The notes below the pieces were generated by a model. The model was not told where the DNA came from. It was given only the letters and a program-made list of their open reading frames with translations, and did no database searches. Positions 46,450 through 59,400 of a stretch of DNA of 64,000 nt are shown one piece after another. The stretch comes from Nemertoderma westbladi (taxonomy: Eukaryota > Animalia > Xenacoelomorpha): NCBI GenBank assembly GCA_032718475.1, contig JAUCBJ010000050.1, positions 50,448 through 114,447 of the forward strand, read 5' to 3'. Position 1 is the first letter of the stretch, and each line of letters opens with the position of its first letter. The position numbers and the translations under genes were made by a program.

Positions 46450-47791
46450 GTTTGTTTGTACAGTTGAATGCCTACTGCTCTATTACAGTTTAAGCAAGTC
46501 TAGTAATTCAGTATCACTGTTAGCCTAGTAATTAATTACCGATACTGCTACTCAGTGTAGCGTAATATATATATAATATATTAGAATACCGGTATGCTTA
46601 TAGTATATATATATAAGTATTATCACAGACTAGATTTGTCACAGAATACGAATACCGGTATGTAATTTCAGCACAAGTATATATAAATATATAATAGGCC
46701 TATTGTGAATACCGGTATACAGCTTACACTTATAGTATATATAAGTATAATTATGAACTAGAATTAATTACAGAATACCGGTATAATTTCAGCCTAAATT
46801 TATAAATATATAGTAGGCCTATCGTGAATACCGGTATACAATTATTTTAGAATAATTGAATTTCTGAAATTTAGGGGTTACTTGGTTACTTTAACTTACT
46901 TTATTACCGTTATTTAAGCAGTAGTCCAACTGATATTGAGACCTAATTGTTGTATGACAGGCCTACTATTTTATAAATCGGTTTGAGTTGATTTATAATA
47001 TATATACCCGTTTTAATGGGTTTTGTCAATATTTGAATTAAATGTTATTATTTCTGGGAAAGAGTCACTACACAGAAGCTGTGCGCTCTCAGTGAAGTGC
47101 TACTTGTTGGACACTAAAACAAATAATTCTAATTTACCTAAGTTACTTAATACTACAAATTACATACAATTCGGGGTGAGATTACAATCTCTAAATAAAC
47201 ACAAAATTACACGTACGAATTTTTTAGGGTAATTTTACAAGAAGTCTACAAACCAGCCTAACAAAGGGTTAGATTATCTGGTTATTACAACGGACAGAGT
47301 ACTACGGTATTTGAAAATAATAAGTAGTAGTAAATATACTGTGTTGTCCAGATAGGAAAAATACCACCGTCTGACGACCTATAGCCGTATCGCTATAGGT
47401 ACTACGTTATGTATCACGGAGTGTTCCTACCCAGAAGTTAATTACCGCGGTCTACCAGAACCAACGTGCCTATTAACCACTTTACAACACAAATATACTG
47501 CCCACACACTAATCACCTTCGGAAAGCACTGTACACTCAACCCTAAATTAGGTACAAGTACTTATACAACAAATAATCAGTAGTTAAAAATACTGCTAAT
47601 ACAGCTAAAAGAACCACGGTATCTGCTGGAGTGACCGGGGCACAAAATCACCAGTCTTTACCTACGCCAAGCAGCCCTGATGTAGTACCGGGGTTAGTTT
47701 AACTATAACGGTATATATAACAAGCACAATTACTGTAGGAATAAACTTGGGGATATGAATGTTGCGAATAATCGCATAAACTCTGAATAAT

Positions 47792-48363
47792 AAATATTAC
47801 GCTACTCGTACGGACTACTCAAACAAAATGCAGACCAAATGCTGACAGACTACTATCAAGCCTAAACAAACTACGGTATATGCAGACTCCGAAATGGTTA
47901 GTTAGTATGCGTTCTAACCGAGTAGTACGACTTATTCTTTCGAGGGGTTTACCTCACAGCACTGGAAGCCCCTACGTTCCCAACTGGCACTTTATCGGAC
48001 ATACACTCTACCCACACCGAAATTTCTTCAGACCTAACAACAGCCAGACAACAATCAAGCCTACAAATTATCTAAATAAGAAATATTACGCTACCCGTAC
48101 AGACTACACAAACAAAGTACAGACCAAACGCTGGCAGACTACTATCAAGCCTAAATAAACTACAGTATATGCAGACTCCGAAATGGTTAGTTAGTATGCG
48201 TTCTAACCGAGTAGTACGACTTATTCTTTTGAGGGGGTTTACCTCACAGCACTGGAAGCCCCTACTTTCCTAACTAGTACTTTTGCGGACATACGCTCTA
48301 CACACACTACAGTCCCTTCAGACTTAACAACAGTCAGACAACAGTCCAGCCTACAAATTATCT
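47792..48363. repeat. ~289-bp tandem duplication in the outer 5' leader
   Basis: AAATATTACGCTAC...CCTACAAATTATCT at 47792-48073 and 48081-48363. Confidence 0.85.
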
Positions 48364-48642
48364 GTGCAATCTGAGCAGGCTTACACGTCTTCTGCTCAAT
48401 ATTAACCTACAAATAAATAAAACTGACAGAAATAAGTAAAATCTCAATAAAAAACCAGGGCTGCAGTCCCTGATTAATTATTAAGGCCTACCGGTATATA
48501 ACTATCAAAATCGAATAATACTGCTGTACCTGTACTGCTGTAGGTACCGGTCCGGGTGGTTAGGTAGTCAGGCCTACTAGGTACCGGTTAACCGGTACTT
48601 CAGCTTTATTGCCTACCGCAATACAGAAGCTATATCTGTTAT

Positions 48643-49815
48643 TGTTCGCGCTTTTAGACCTTTAGCAGTTTAACCTGCCAAATTGGGATGTCTTCTAGAT
48701 AATGAATCGTCTTTAGCCTATGACGAGTATTTGATACACTACATTAGCCGAAGCCAGTCTATGCGCGACCATTCACCCGCTGGATATACCCGGGAGACTG
48801 GATTCGGAAGCCTAACCTTATTGCGGTGTAGGCCTACTGTATTATTCGACTGATCGTAATATATATAATCTCTGACAAATATTATTCACTTTCGGGAAAT
48901 ATTAACAGTTCCTTTAGGACGTGGCGCTCTAAATATGTAAACAGAGTTATGACTTAAACTAGACACAACGGGATGGCTATAGATTCACGTATATGGCGCG
49001 TTCTTTAGGAGATGCTTTGTTATCAGTCACAATCATACACAATACTGCACAATGCTGCACACCGATCTGCCGACCTTCACTAATTTTAGTCACATATAAA
49101 GAGAACAACAACCAATACATGTAGTGCCTATGAAATAGCATTAGATTCACTTCAAAACCACTTTAATGTAAGTCGCAATCGTTATATGTAACCGGTCTCT
49201 CTTACCTTCAGTATATCAAGAAGATTGAGGGTTTTATGATTAATTTATCGATATTCTCCAATATAATAATATTCCATCAACTGATACAATGAATAACTGA
49301 CAGTAAATAGCAGTGCAAATGTTAAGTTAAGTTTGATATTAATTGAATTGTGGTTTGATTACAGATATACGTTCTATAATTAAGCCTACTAATGTTGGGC
49401 TAAAGACTGAAAACACAGAGATTCCAAAAGCCGGTCTTCTGGGCTCAGGACAAAATGTAAACATTGACCCATAATGCATTGCGCGATTTCCCGGAGGTTT
49501 CTGTACAAAAAGCAGGAGAATCGCTCTGATGATTGGTTGACCGAACAAAGAAACACCAGAGAACAAGGAAAAAGCTACACGTGTACAGCTCAGCTGTTAG
49601 CTGTCGTCATAGTAACTACACTGTTTCAAGAGGATCTAGCGCATTGCGTCATAGAATTGCTAATTATGTCCGCTAAAGTACACATACAGAAGAAATGGCT
49701 TTTTATGTCCCCTAAAACACCAGTACAGTAAGGATACGGCTTTTTATGCCTGTTAAACCAACTACAGAGTACTTTACGGGGAAAATAACCGGCTAATTCC
49801 GCAAAAGCTTTTACA
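48643..49815 (-). repeat. 5' LTR of the outer element (1173 bp)
   Basis: Matches 21076-22245; flanked by TSD GAGGT. Confidence 0.95.
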
Positions 49816-50830
49816 GAGGTGTGAGGGGAAAGGGTAGAGGTGCAAGGGGAGCAGTTGGAGGTGCGAGGGGAAAAGGTAGAGGTGCAAGAGGAGCAGTTGG
49901 AAGTGTGAGGGGAAAAGGTAGAGGTGCAAGTGGAGCAGTTGGAGGTGTGAGGGGAAAAGGTAGAGGTGCAAGTGGAACAGTTGGCGAGAGCAGTAGTTAA
50001 GGTGCGAGAGGAGAATGGGAGGATCTGTGGAGGGTGTGGGAGTCAGGGTGAAAAGTACAGGAGGATCTGTGGAGGGTGTGGGAGACGGAGTGGGAAGCAC
50101 AGGAGGATCTGTGGCGGGTGTGGGAGACGGAGGGGGAAGTACAGGATGATCTGTGGAGGGTGTGGGAGACGGAGTGGGAGCTATGGGTGGATCTGTGGAG
50201 GGTGTGGGAGACGGAATGGGAAGTACAGGAGGATCTGTGGAGGGTGTGGGAGACAAGGTGAGAAGTACAGGAGGATCTGTGGAGGGTGTGGGAGACATGG
50301 TGAGAAGTACAGGAGGATCTGTGGAGTGTGTGGGAGACAGGGTGAGAAGTACAGGAGGATATGTGGTGAGTGTGGGAGACGGAGTGGGAAGTACAGGATG
50401 ATCTGGGGAGGGTGTGGGAGACAGGGTGAGAAGTACAGGAGGATCTGTGGAGGGTGTGGGGGGGGGGGCAGGGTGAGAAGTACAGGAGGATCTGTGGAGG
50501 GTGTGGGAGACAGGGTGAGAAGTACAGGAGGATCTGTGGAGGGTGTGGGAGACAGGGTGAGAAGTACAGGAGGATCTGTGGAGGGTGTGGGAGACAGGGT
50601 GAGAAGTACAGGAGGATCTGAGGAGGGTGGGGAAGTTGGAGTGGAAGGTACAGGTGGATCTGTGGAGGGTGGGGATGAAAGTGATAATGAACAATTTACA
50701 GGTTTTGAAGGAGTGGGGGGTATGGGAAGATCCGTGGCGGCTATACAAGATAACGTCTGGAATACAGGAGAATCTATGGAGGGTGTAGAAGATGGAGTGG
50801 GGAGTACAGGAGGTTCTGTGGAGGGTGGAG
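49816..50830 (-). repeat. 39-bp purine/pyrimidine-skewed minisatellite; could encode Pro/Thr-rich repeats on the minus strand
   Basis: Units GAGGGTGTGGGAGACAGGGTGAGAAGTACAGGAGGATCT and GAGGGGAAAAGGTAGAGGTGCAAGGGGAGCAGTTGGAGGT-like; the second type continues at 21014-21075 on the other side of the LTR element. Confidence 0.8.
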
Positions 50831-52300
50831 ATGAAACTGATGAACAATTTATAGGTTTTGACTAACTGCTCAGCCATAGTGATATACAGTTATAAACTCA
50901 GTAATAAACTCGTCATACTTTTGTGAATTTTCATATAAATCGTCACTAAAGTACCTTAAGTGGTTAAAATGTTTTAATAAACTCTTTATGTTTATTTGAT
51001 AAACTATAATATTTTATAATTTTTCCAGAAATGGGGACCATAAAGATTTATTATGATTGATTTTATTTTCAAATAAGCTTTATTGGGATGTGTTACTGGG
51101 ATCAGGAATGGCTGAATAGCTCCCACTTAGAGACGAAATCTAGGTTAATTTAACATTTCAGTGTAATTACAACTGGTGTTACATGGTGGGACAAATTGTT
51201 ACAGGCATCGGAAATCACCATTCAAGGGCTCTGATTGGCTGATTTCGGGCGTTACATTGTGGGACAAGTGTTACAGGAATGGACATCTGTTTTTCTCAAT
51301 TATTTGTTACCATGAGGTCGGGGCTATTGGGAAATTACCACCATTGAATTCAGTGCATCAAGAGCTTTCTGATGATATATAATATTACATACTTTGGGAA
51401 ACTTTTTTTTTTTACAAAAAAAATAATTTTTTTGGCCACTTTTTGTTATTTTAAGCCATACAGTGGCGCGTTGTTCAAATCAAAACAATAAACTAGAGTA
51501 AGTGGAGAATTTGATATATTTCCCATAATGACAAATATTAATTTTTTCCTGAGTGCCGATAATTAAAAACTTTAGAAATTATTGTTCTATTGTGAGTTAA
51601 AATATTCATTGAAAGTGCGTGGGTGTAAGCCGCAGCCCAATCTCCTCTTTAAGAGACTTCTCCAGAACGTCATGGGCTGTCCGCCACCTTTAGGTTGATA
51701 TTATACTTCTAGGATTACTAGAATGCTGACTTATGTGAATGACCTCCTGCTGCCATAGTAATAAGGGACTCAAATTACATTTAAAAGTTATTTCCATTTA
51801 GTAGATTATGAGGTCACGAGCGGTCAGGGGGGGGGGAGGGGGGGGCAAAAATTTAATGAAATAAATAATAAAATGTGTTTTTGCACTCAAAACTGACATT
51901 TTATTGAAATTCATACATTTTTTATTGATAAACTTGTGATCTAAATGTAGAAACTCTACATACTTACAGCCAGACAGTAAGTTACTCTATTCTTCAAATA
52001 CCGTGCACAGTAAGTTACTCTATTCTTCAAATACCGTGCACACCTGTATTCCACACCTGGCGCTGGCAAGCCACCTAAATTTAGATTTTGAAATATTAGC
52101 TAATCTTAAATCTTGTATTTTTCGTAGATGTATTATCTCCAATAAAAAAATGAATAATCTAATTTTATATATTTAAATAAACAAACTGCAAGTTATAGTA
52201 GTTAGAAACTTTAGGGCTAAGTATGTACACTTAGGCCTACAGCGGTATCAAAAGGCACAGGTTACAGTTACATTTTCGACATAAAAAGTTGCGTGATCTG

Positions 52301-53535
52301 GGGCGGTATTCATAAATGTGACTAACTAGGAACTTACTCCTAGTCACATCAAGTTAGTAAGTGCTTGTACTAATTCGGTATTCAGAGAAGTTGGTGCTAC
52401 TTATTACTAACGTAATTAGTACTAGTTGTTGCTAAACTCGTATTTATAGAATTTAGTCTTTCATAAGTTAGTATTAGCTGTAACTTAAATTTCTAGTCAC
52501 ATGAAGATGTGACTAAGTTGGTAAGACCGCTTACTTATTCATATTGGCCTTCATACATACAGTGTGGTTATTATGTTACTGACGACTCCGGCCACATTAT
52601 ACTCTCTCTTGTTTTTCTAGCATTCTGTGTTCATTGTAAATGTGTTGTTGCAGAGAAACTGTCAAATGTAACGACATAAAGCTTTTTGTTTTTTAAACAT
52701 ATATCCGACTTAAATTTTCAAATTTCAGCGTACATTCTTGAATGGTTTGATTGCTCCCGAACGGTCCGCGTCCGTTGAAAAATGTATTTCGCTAAAGAAT
52801 ACCATTCGCTAACTTTTGCAAGATGAAAAAGCGGTAGCGTTCCCACTTCATTATTTTCCTCTCTATGGTAGCCAATTGATTATCGCCTTACTAAAAATAA
52901 TAATTTTTCACTAAAATTTTAACAGGAAATTAACAGGAAAAAGTTTCCACTAAAATCTATTAATTAACATTAAATCTATTAATTATAAATTATTGCTAAA
53001 ATGTGGGAAAGGGCAGGTTACAGTGCCACGTTATTCTAACCTAAATAATAAAGGGATTTTATTACAACAGGCCGTAACAGATTTATTTTTGATGATTCAA
53101 AAATATATTTTAGTGATAATTAAATTGAGTGGAGGAAATATATATTTGATAACGAAAAAAATTTACTGGAAAACAGGAATTGTTTTAGTGACCAATAAAA
53201 TTAATGGGTTTAATGTAGGCTACCAATACTAGTACTAGTAAAACAGTAAACATGAGACATGCAGGGCATAGCTACCGTCCTTAAGTTGAAACTGAAAGCT
53301 TTTTGATAAACATAAGTTAAAGTACCGGCACTGCTACTAATGGGCTGGAACTAAGTTTAGTAACAGTTTATGAATACTGATATTTTTTAAGGGCTAGTTG
53401 AAACTAATAGTCAAATGCTCTTACTAAAATCAGTTGTTTATAGTAACAGATAGCTCTCACTAAACATAGTTGCAGCTCTTACTAAAAGCTGCCACTAAGT
53501 AGCTGTAACTAATACTAACTCGATGAATACCGCCC
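52301..53535. mobile_element. Non-autonomous PIF/Harbinger-like element
   Basis: TIR GGGCGGTATTCAT / ATGAATACCGCCC flanked by CTG / CAG; subterminal ACTAA/TTAGT repeats. Confidence 0.7.
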
Positions 53536-54446
53536 CAGGTCACCGGCGGAAACATTAAGTTGGGGAACTGAATGCAAATCCTAACTCGGCGGATTAATAT
53601 CTCGTCTCAATGTTAAATTATCAATTTAGGGAAAGGAGTAGGTTACAGTGGCACCAAGTGCCAGTGGCATTCTAAATTAGATTCGCCATTGTTCATAATT
53701 TAGCACATTAAAGCTTTTAAAGCCCTCGTTCTGTTATTTCCCTCGCTGTCGCTCGGGAAACAAAATCACTCGTTCCGTAACGCTATAATGTGCTATTTTA
53801 TGTACAATGACGTATATAGTTATTATTTATTTTTGGGGAATTTGATGACTGTATTAACTTTAAACTTACTAAACTTAAACTTTAATTTTAAATTAGCACT
53901 TTAAACTTTCTAGAACAACCTTGTAATAGGAAGAAAACATGTCATGTTAACTATAAACACTTTCATCTCGTACCAAATTATATTCGAATTAAGTTAAATT
54001 CGATCCTACAACCTTTTGATTACAAGTCCGGCCACTCTACTAGGCTTACATAGCTACAAGTGCCTTCTGTTTATATAACATTAAGGTGGCTCAACATGAA
54101 AATTAAATGTAAAAATCAAATTTTTTTATTATTGATTCTAAACCACAATTTAATGGAGATTCCGAATATGTAAGTTATATTCATTGAATGTCGCTCTGTC
54201 AAAAGTTATGAGTAACAATGTGTTGGCAAGCTGTATTTTTCGAGGTGTTTGTTATTATACATTTATTATAGGAAGGGATCTAGGGGTCTTAACCGCGAAT
54301 GATAAGTTTAATTTACCGAAAATAACTTATCTTTTATTGGCGCAATTGTCAGTTCAGGAGACGGAAAAAACTAATTTAGAAACTAACTTTGTACGAATGC
54401 GATATTATTGGAAGTGACAAACGAAACGAGACTTACTTTGGGTCGC

Positions 54447-54662
54447 GGACCCAATTACGGTTACCAAGAGTTACAGTAACTGACTACCACATACATTTAC
54501 AAGCCCATAAGGGTCACCCTTTCGCGTGTGCGTGTGCATTCCTAACAAATTGCTAAAGCTGTCTATGTGAGTGTTTACCTCTGTGTGTGAGTGTATAGCT
54601 CTGTGTGGACCCAATTACGGTTACCAAGAGTTACAGTAACTGACTACCACATACATTTACAA
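54447..54662. repeat. ~56-bp exact direct duplication
   Basis: GGACCCAATTACGGTTACCAAGAG...CATTTACAA at 54447 and 54607. Confidence 0.8.
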
Positions 54663-55021
54663 ATCGAGAAACTTGATCAACACGATTCCTATTTTATCGG
54701 AAATACCAGTCTTATATTCTACCAGGAGATTGAGATTAATTACATCGATACATTTATGGACACAATTAAATTTTGAGCTTGAGTCCTTATTGTTACCAGA
54801 GCCACGGGCATAGTTGCATATTTATGAACAGCAAATATATTAATATTAATATTAATATATAATAGTATATAATAATTTTAATATACATTTACATATACAG
54901 TACCATACGATTTGATTCATTCTTGTGCTTACTCATTCAATTTATAGATAGAACTACTGGTGTTCATCTAGAATCCTTATGTGAGACGAATCCGTCCGTG
55001 AGATTATACTCAAAACGTGAT

Positions 55022-56928
55022 CTATATTATTACTGATTAACTATAATATTACTGATTAACTATATTATTACTGATTAACTATATTGTTACTGATTCACTA
55101 TATTATTACTGATTAACTATAATATTACTGATTAACTATATTATTTCTGATTAACTATAGTATTACTGATTAACTATATTATTACTGATTAACTATATTA
55201 TTACTGATTAACTATATTATTACTGATTAACTATATTGTTACTGATTCACTATATTATTACTGATTAACTATATTATTACTGATTAACTATATTATTACT
55301 GATTAACTATATTGTTACTGATTCACTATATTGTTACTGATTCACTATATTGTTACTGATTAACTATATTATTACTGATTAACTATATTATTACTGTTTA
55401 ACTATATTATTACTGATTAACTATATTGTTACTGATTCACTATATTATTACTGATTAACTATATTGTTACTGATTAACTATATTATTACTGATTAACTAT
55501 ATTATTACTGATTAACTATATTATTACTGATTAACTATATTATTACTGATTAACTATATTATTACTGATTAACTATATTGTTACTGATTCACTATATTAT
55601 TACTGATTAACTATATTGTTACTGATTCACTATATTATTACTGATTAACTATATTGTTACTGATTAACTATATTGTTACTGATTCACTATATTATTACTG
55701 ATTAACTATATTGTTACTGATTAACTATATTATTACTGATTAACTATATTATTACTGATTCACTATATTATTACTGATTAACTATATTATTACTGATTAA
55801 CTATATTATTACTGATTAACTATATTGTTACTAATTCACTATATTATTACTGATTAACTATATTGTTACTGATTAACTATATTATTACTGATTAACTATA
55901 TTATTACTGATTAACTATATTATTACTGATTCACTATATTATTACTGATTAACTATATTGTTACTGATTCACTATATTATTACTGATTAACTATATTATT
56001 ACTGATTAACTATATTGTTACTGATTCACTATATTATTACTGATTAACTATATTGTTACTGATTAACTATATTATTACTGATTAACTATATTATTACTGA
56101 TTAACTATATTATTACTGATTAACTATATTATTACTGATTAACTATATTATTACTGATTAACTATATTGTTACTGATTAACTATATTATTACTGATTAAA
56201 TATATTATTACTGATTAACTTTATTATTACTGATTAACTATATTGTTACTGATTAACTATATTATTACTGATTAACTACATTATTACTGATTAACTATAT
56301 TATTACTGATTAACTATATTGTTACTGATTCACTATATTATTACTGATTAACTATATTGTTACTGATTTACTATATTATTACTGATTAACTATATTATTA
56401 CTGATTAACTATATTATTACTGATTAACTATATTATTACTGATTAACTATATTATTACTAATTAACTATATTGTTACTGATTCACTATATTGTTACTGAT
56501 TAACTATATTATTACTGATTAACTATATTGTTACTGATTAACTATATTATTACTGATTAACTATATTATTACTGATTAACTATATTATTACTGGTTAACT
56601 ATATTATTACTGATTAACTATATTATTACTGATTAACTATATTATTACTGATTAACTATATTGTTACTGATTCACTATATTATTACTGATTAACATATTA
56701 TTACTGATTAACATATTATTACTGATTAACTATATTATTACTGATTAACTATATTATTACTGATTAACTATATTATTACTGATTAACTATATTATTACTG
56801 ATTAACTATATTGTTACTGATTAACTATATTGTTACTGATTAACTATATTATTACTGATTAACTATATTGTTACTGATTAACTATATTATTACTGATTCA
56901 CTATATTGTTACTGATTAACTATATTGT
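55022..56928. repeat. 19-bp minisatellite, about 100 copies
   Basis: Unit ACTGATT(A/C)ACTATATT(A/G)TT. Confidence 0.97.
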
Positions 56929-58508
56929 GGGGCGAGACACGTAGTCGGCGAGCCTTGGCATACGGTTCATATAGGGCAAATGGGGCATGTCCGTCTGTCT
57001 GTCCGTCTGTCTGGTAAATCTTTGAACGCGAATTTCTCGGCATCGCTGATTCGAAATGAACCAAACTTAGTAGGTAAGTAGTAGAGGGAAAGTTTAGAAA
57101 ATTTGTAAAGTTTGGTGAAAAATCATGCAGTCTGACGTCAGCTACGGCAGATTATGTGGTTTTTAGAAAATGTTAAATTTCTCGGGAACGCCTTATTTTC
57201 CAGAGCTGAAATTTTGGTTACTGGTAGAGAATCATAAAGTCTATCTTCTAAGAAATTGAAAAGTTAAGACATTTAAGTGGGGATCGGCTAGAGACTCCGA
57301 AGTAATGACATAGGCCTACCGGTACGGTACTGCTGTACTGTACAAGTACGAAATTGCAGAATATTAATTTGACACCACCTAGCGGATTAATATATAATTG
57401 TATATCGATCGTATACATTTTATAGCATGGGGTATAGGGTCCGAGCCACGTAGTTGGTGAAGCCTTTGCGAACTGACGCTATCTCTTATGGGGGTAGGTA
57501 ATTTATGGCAAATAGTTCATTCAATAATGGTACTGTATGTCATCATCGTCGCTACGATTTTAACTTACTTATAACTTCGTCTGATTTAAAGCTTTCGAGT
57601 CTAAAATTAGTAGGCATCAATAAGACCATAAGTTTTGTTTTTTAGGGACTTCCAGACACCATCAAATCCTCAGTCTCTCGCTAGAGGGCTACATGTCTAG
57701 ATATTAAATATCCTCACATTTTCTTTGCTTTAAACCCGTTCTAGCTGAAACTTGGCATATTTGTACTAGACAATTCCAACAATTCCACAATTATTGACAA
57801 TCCCATGCATTAAGAATGCTATGCCGGGGCTAATCAAGAAAGTTGCACCGCCACAACAACTCCCTATCAATAGTAATGATATCAAAAATACTGATATTTC
57901 CCATAAAACGACGTTTATATAATTAGTTAAGTGGTTACAGTACCATGGCAACTTGCTTTTCGAAATTATCGCAATGAATTAATTTCTATTGGCGATTTTA
58001 ATGGTAGGTTAGGGTTAGTATTCGATTGGAGTCTTGGAAAATTGTGTTGTGCAACGAATTTACTGAGCACGATGGCAAAATCGATATATCAACATGAAAT
58101 CTGTCCTGCAATTGTAATCCAATTTGTATGTCATTAGTTAAATTAATTAATTAATAAATACATGGATAGTATTACATAGTTTAATAAATTCTAAAAAATG
58201 ATGTAAAGTAACTCTCGATCATCCATTTATTTCAAATTTTGATTTTTAGATAGTCTGTACTCGTGTATTAAGTTTTGTACACGTTGCAAATGTAACACTC
58301 GTTTCGTTCTTACTAAAAACTTGCCAAATGATGGTGGAAAACACAATAGTTCAATTTCGGTCTCTAAAAGGCGCAGTGGCAAAGAAGTGGTAAGATTGGT
58401 AGTAAGCGATTCAAGGTGACAGTTCATGCGTTAGTAGACGCAGACCTTTGCGCGATTTCGCGCATGATTATTATATGTATTGCACTTGCGGACTCGGCTT
58501 GATATGCG

Positions 58509-59195
58509 TTAATTGGTTACATGAATCGTTTCCATTCCCATTTGAAGATCAATCACTCTGTTGACTATAGGCCTAGGCCTTCTGAAACAATTTCCTCTCA
58601 AAATGCTTCGTAACCCATCCCGGAAAGATTTCAATGAAGCTGCGTATATTATTATATTCCAAAAACTGTTGGTATATCCAACCCACCAAACCACAAAGTT
58701 TATTTCAGTGGGAACCTCCACGATGAGTCCCACAACTTGAACCACGCCACAAGGTACCCATGCTATCATGTACCCTCCAACCACAATGCTTAGAACACGT
58801 ATCAGATTGTGATTGGCACCAACTTCATTCCGATTGGCTGGAGCTGGCAGTGCGTTAATGGCGTTGACATGGCGTCTAGCAATAACAAATATCCGGCTGT
58901 ATATTGCGATCAATGTGATACTAGGCACTACCACAAAGGAAAATACTGCGATTCCAGTGAAATAAACGAATTCCGGATTGTAATACTTTGGGTAGCAGTT
59001 ACACATGGCTGGGTCAAAGTAAATCATACCCATGTTGTCGTTAGAAGACGATATCAAAAACATTGATCCGGTCTCTAGGGCTACGATTAACCACATAGAT
59101 AGTGTAAGAAGGATAGCTCTTCTGAGCGTGACTAGGCGCTCAAAAGTGAGCGCGTATTCGATACTCATCCAGCGTTCAAGTGAAAGTTGCACCAA
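58509..59195 (-). pseudogene. Rhodopsin-class (aminergic-like) GPCR, TM3-TM7 only, copy 1
   Basis: SLERW (TM3), Y.RIF.IARRH (TM5), AWVP (TM6), NSFWNIIIY (TM7), FRDGL (helix 8); in-frame TGA 13 codons upstream; TM1-2 not seen. Confidence 0.8.
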
Positions 59196-59400
59196 TGTTA
59201 TAATGCTAATCGTATGGGGAGTAGCGACAAATCAACATTGCGACTACGACTACGCACATATCTTTGTTACATCGAAAGAGGGATTTTGTGTCTGTCAGAA
59301 GGGTTATTGAGCATCGTGTCACATGTATCTATTGTGTACCCTGGGCCATGCATGCATTCGTTTAGTTCACTTGCATGGGTACCAGTAGTCAAGCCAGTTG

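Larger units (their letters stand above)
21076..49815 (-). mobile_element. Full-length BEL/Pao LTR retrotransposon (outer element; 28.7 kb, about 17.3 kb without the nested insert)
   Basis: Direct repeats 21076-22245 and 48643-49815 with TGT...ACA ends; 5-bp TSD GAGGT (21071-21075, 49816-49820); Gag-PR-RT-RH-IN order. Confidence 0.95.

Noticed and set aside
49966-50865. 299-aa plus-strand CGGC-repeat metalloprotein
   Set aside because: It is the translation of a 39-bp minisatellite that is open in several frames, with no independent coding evidence.
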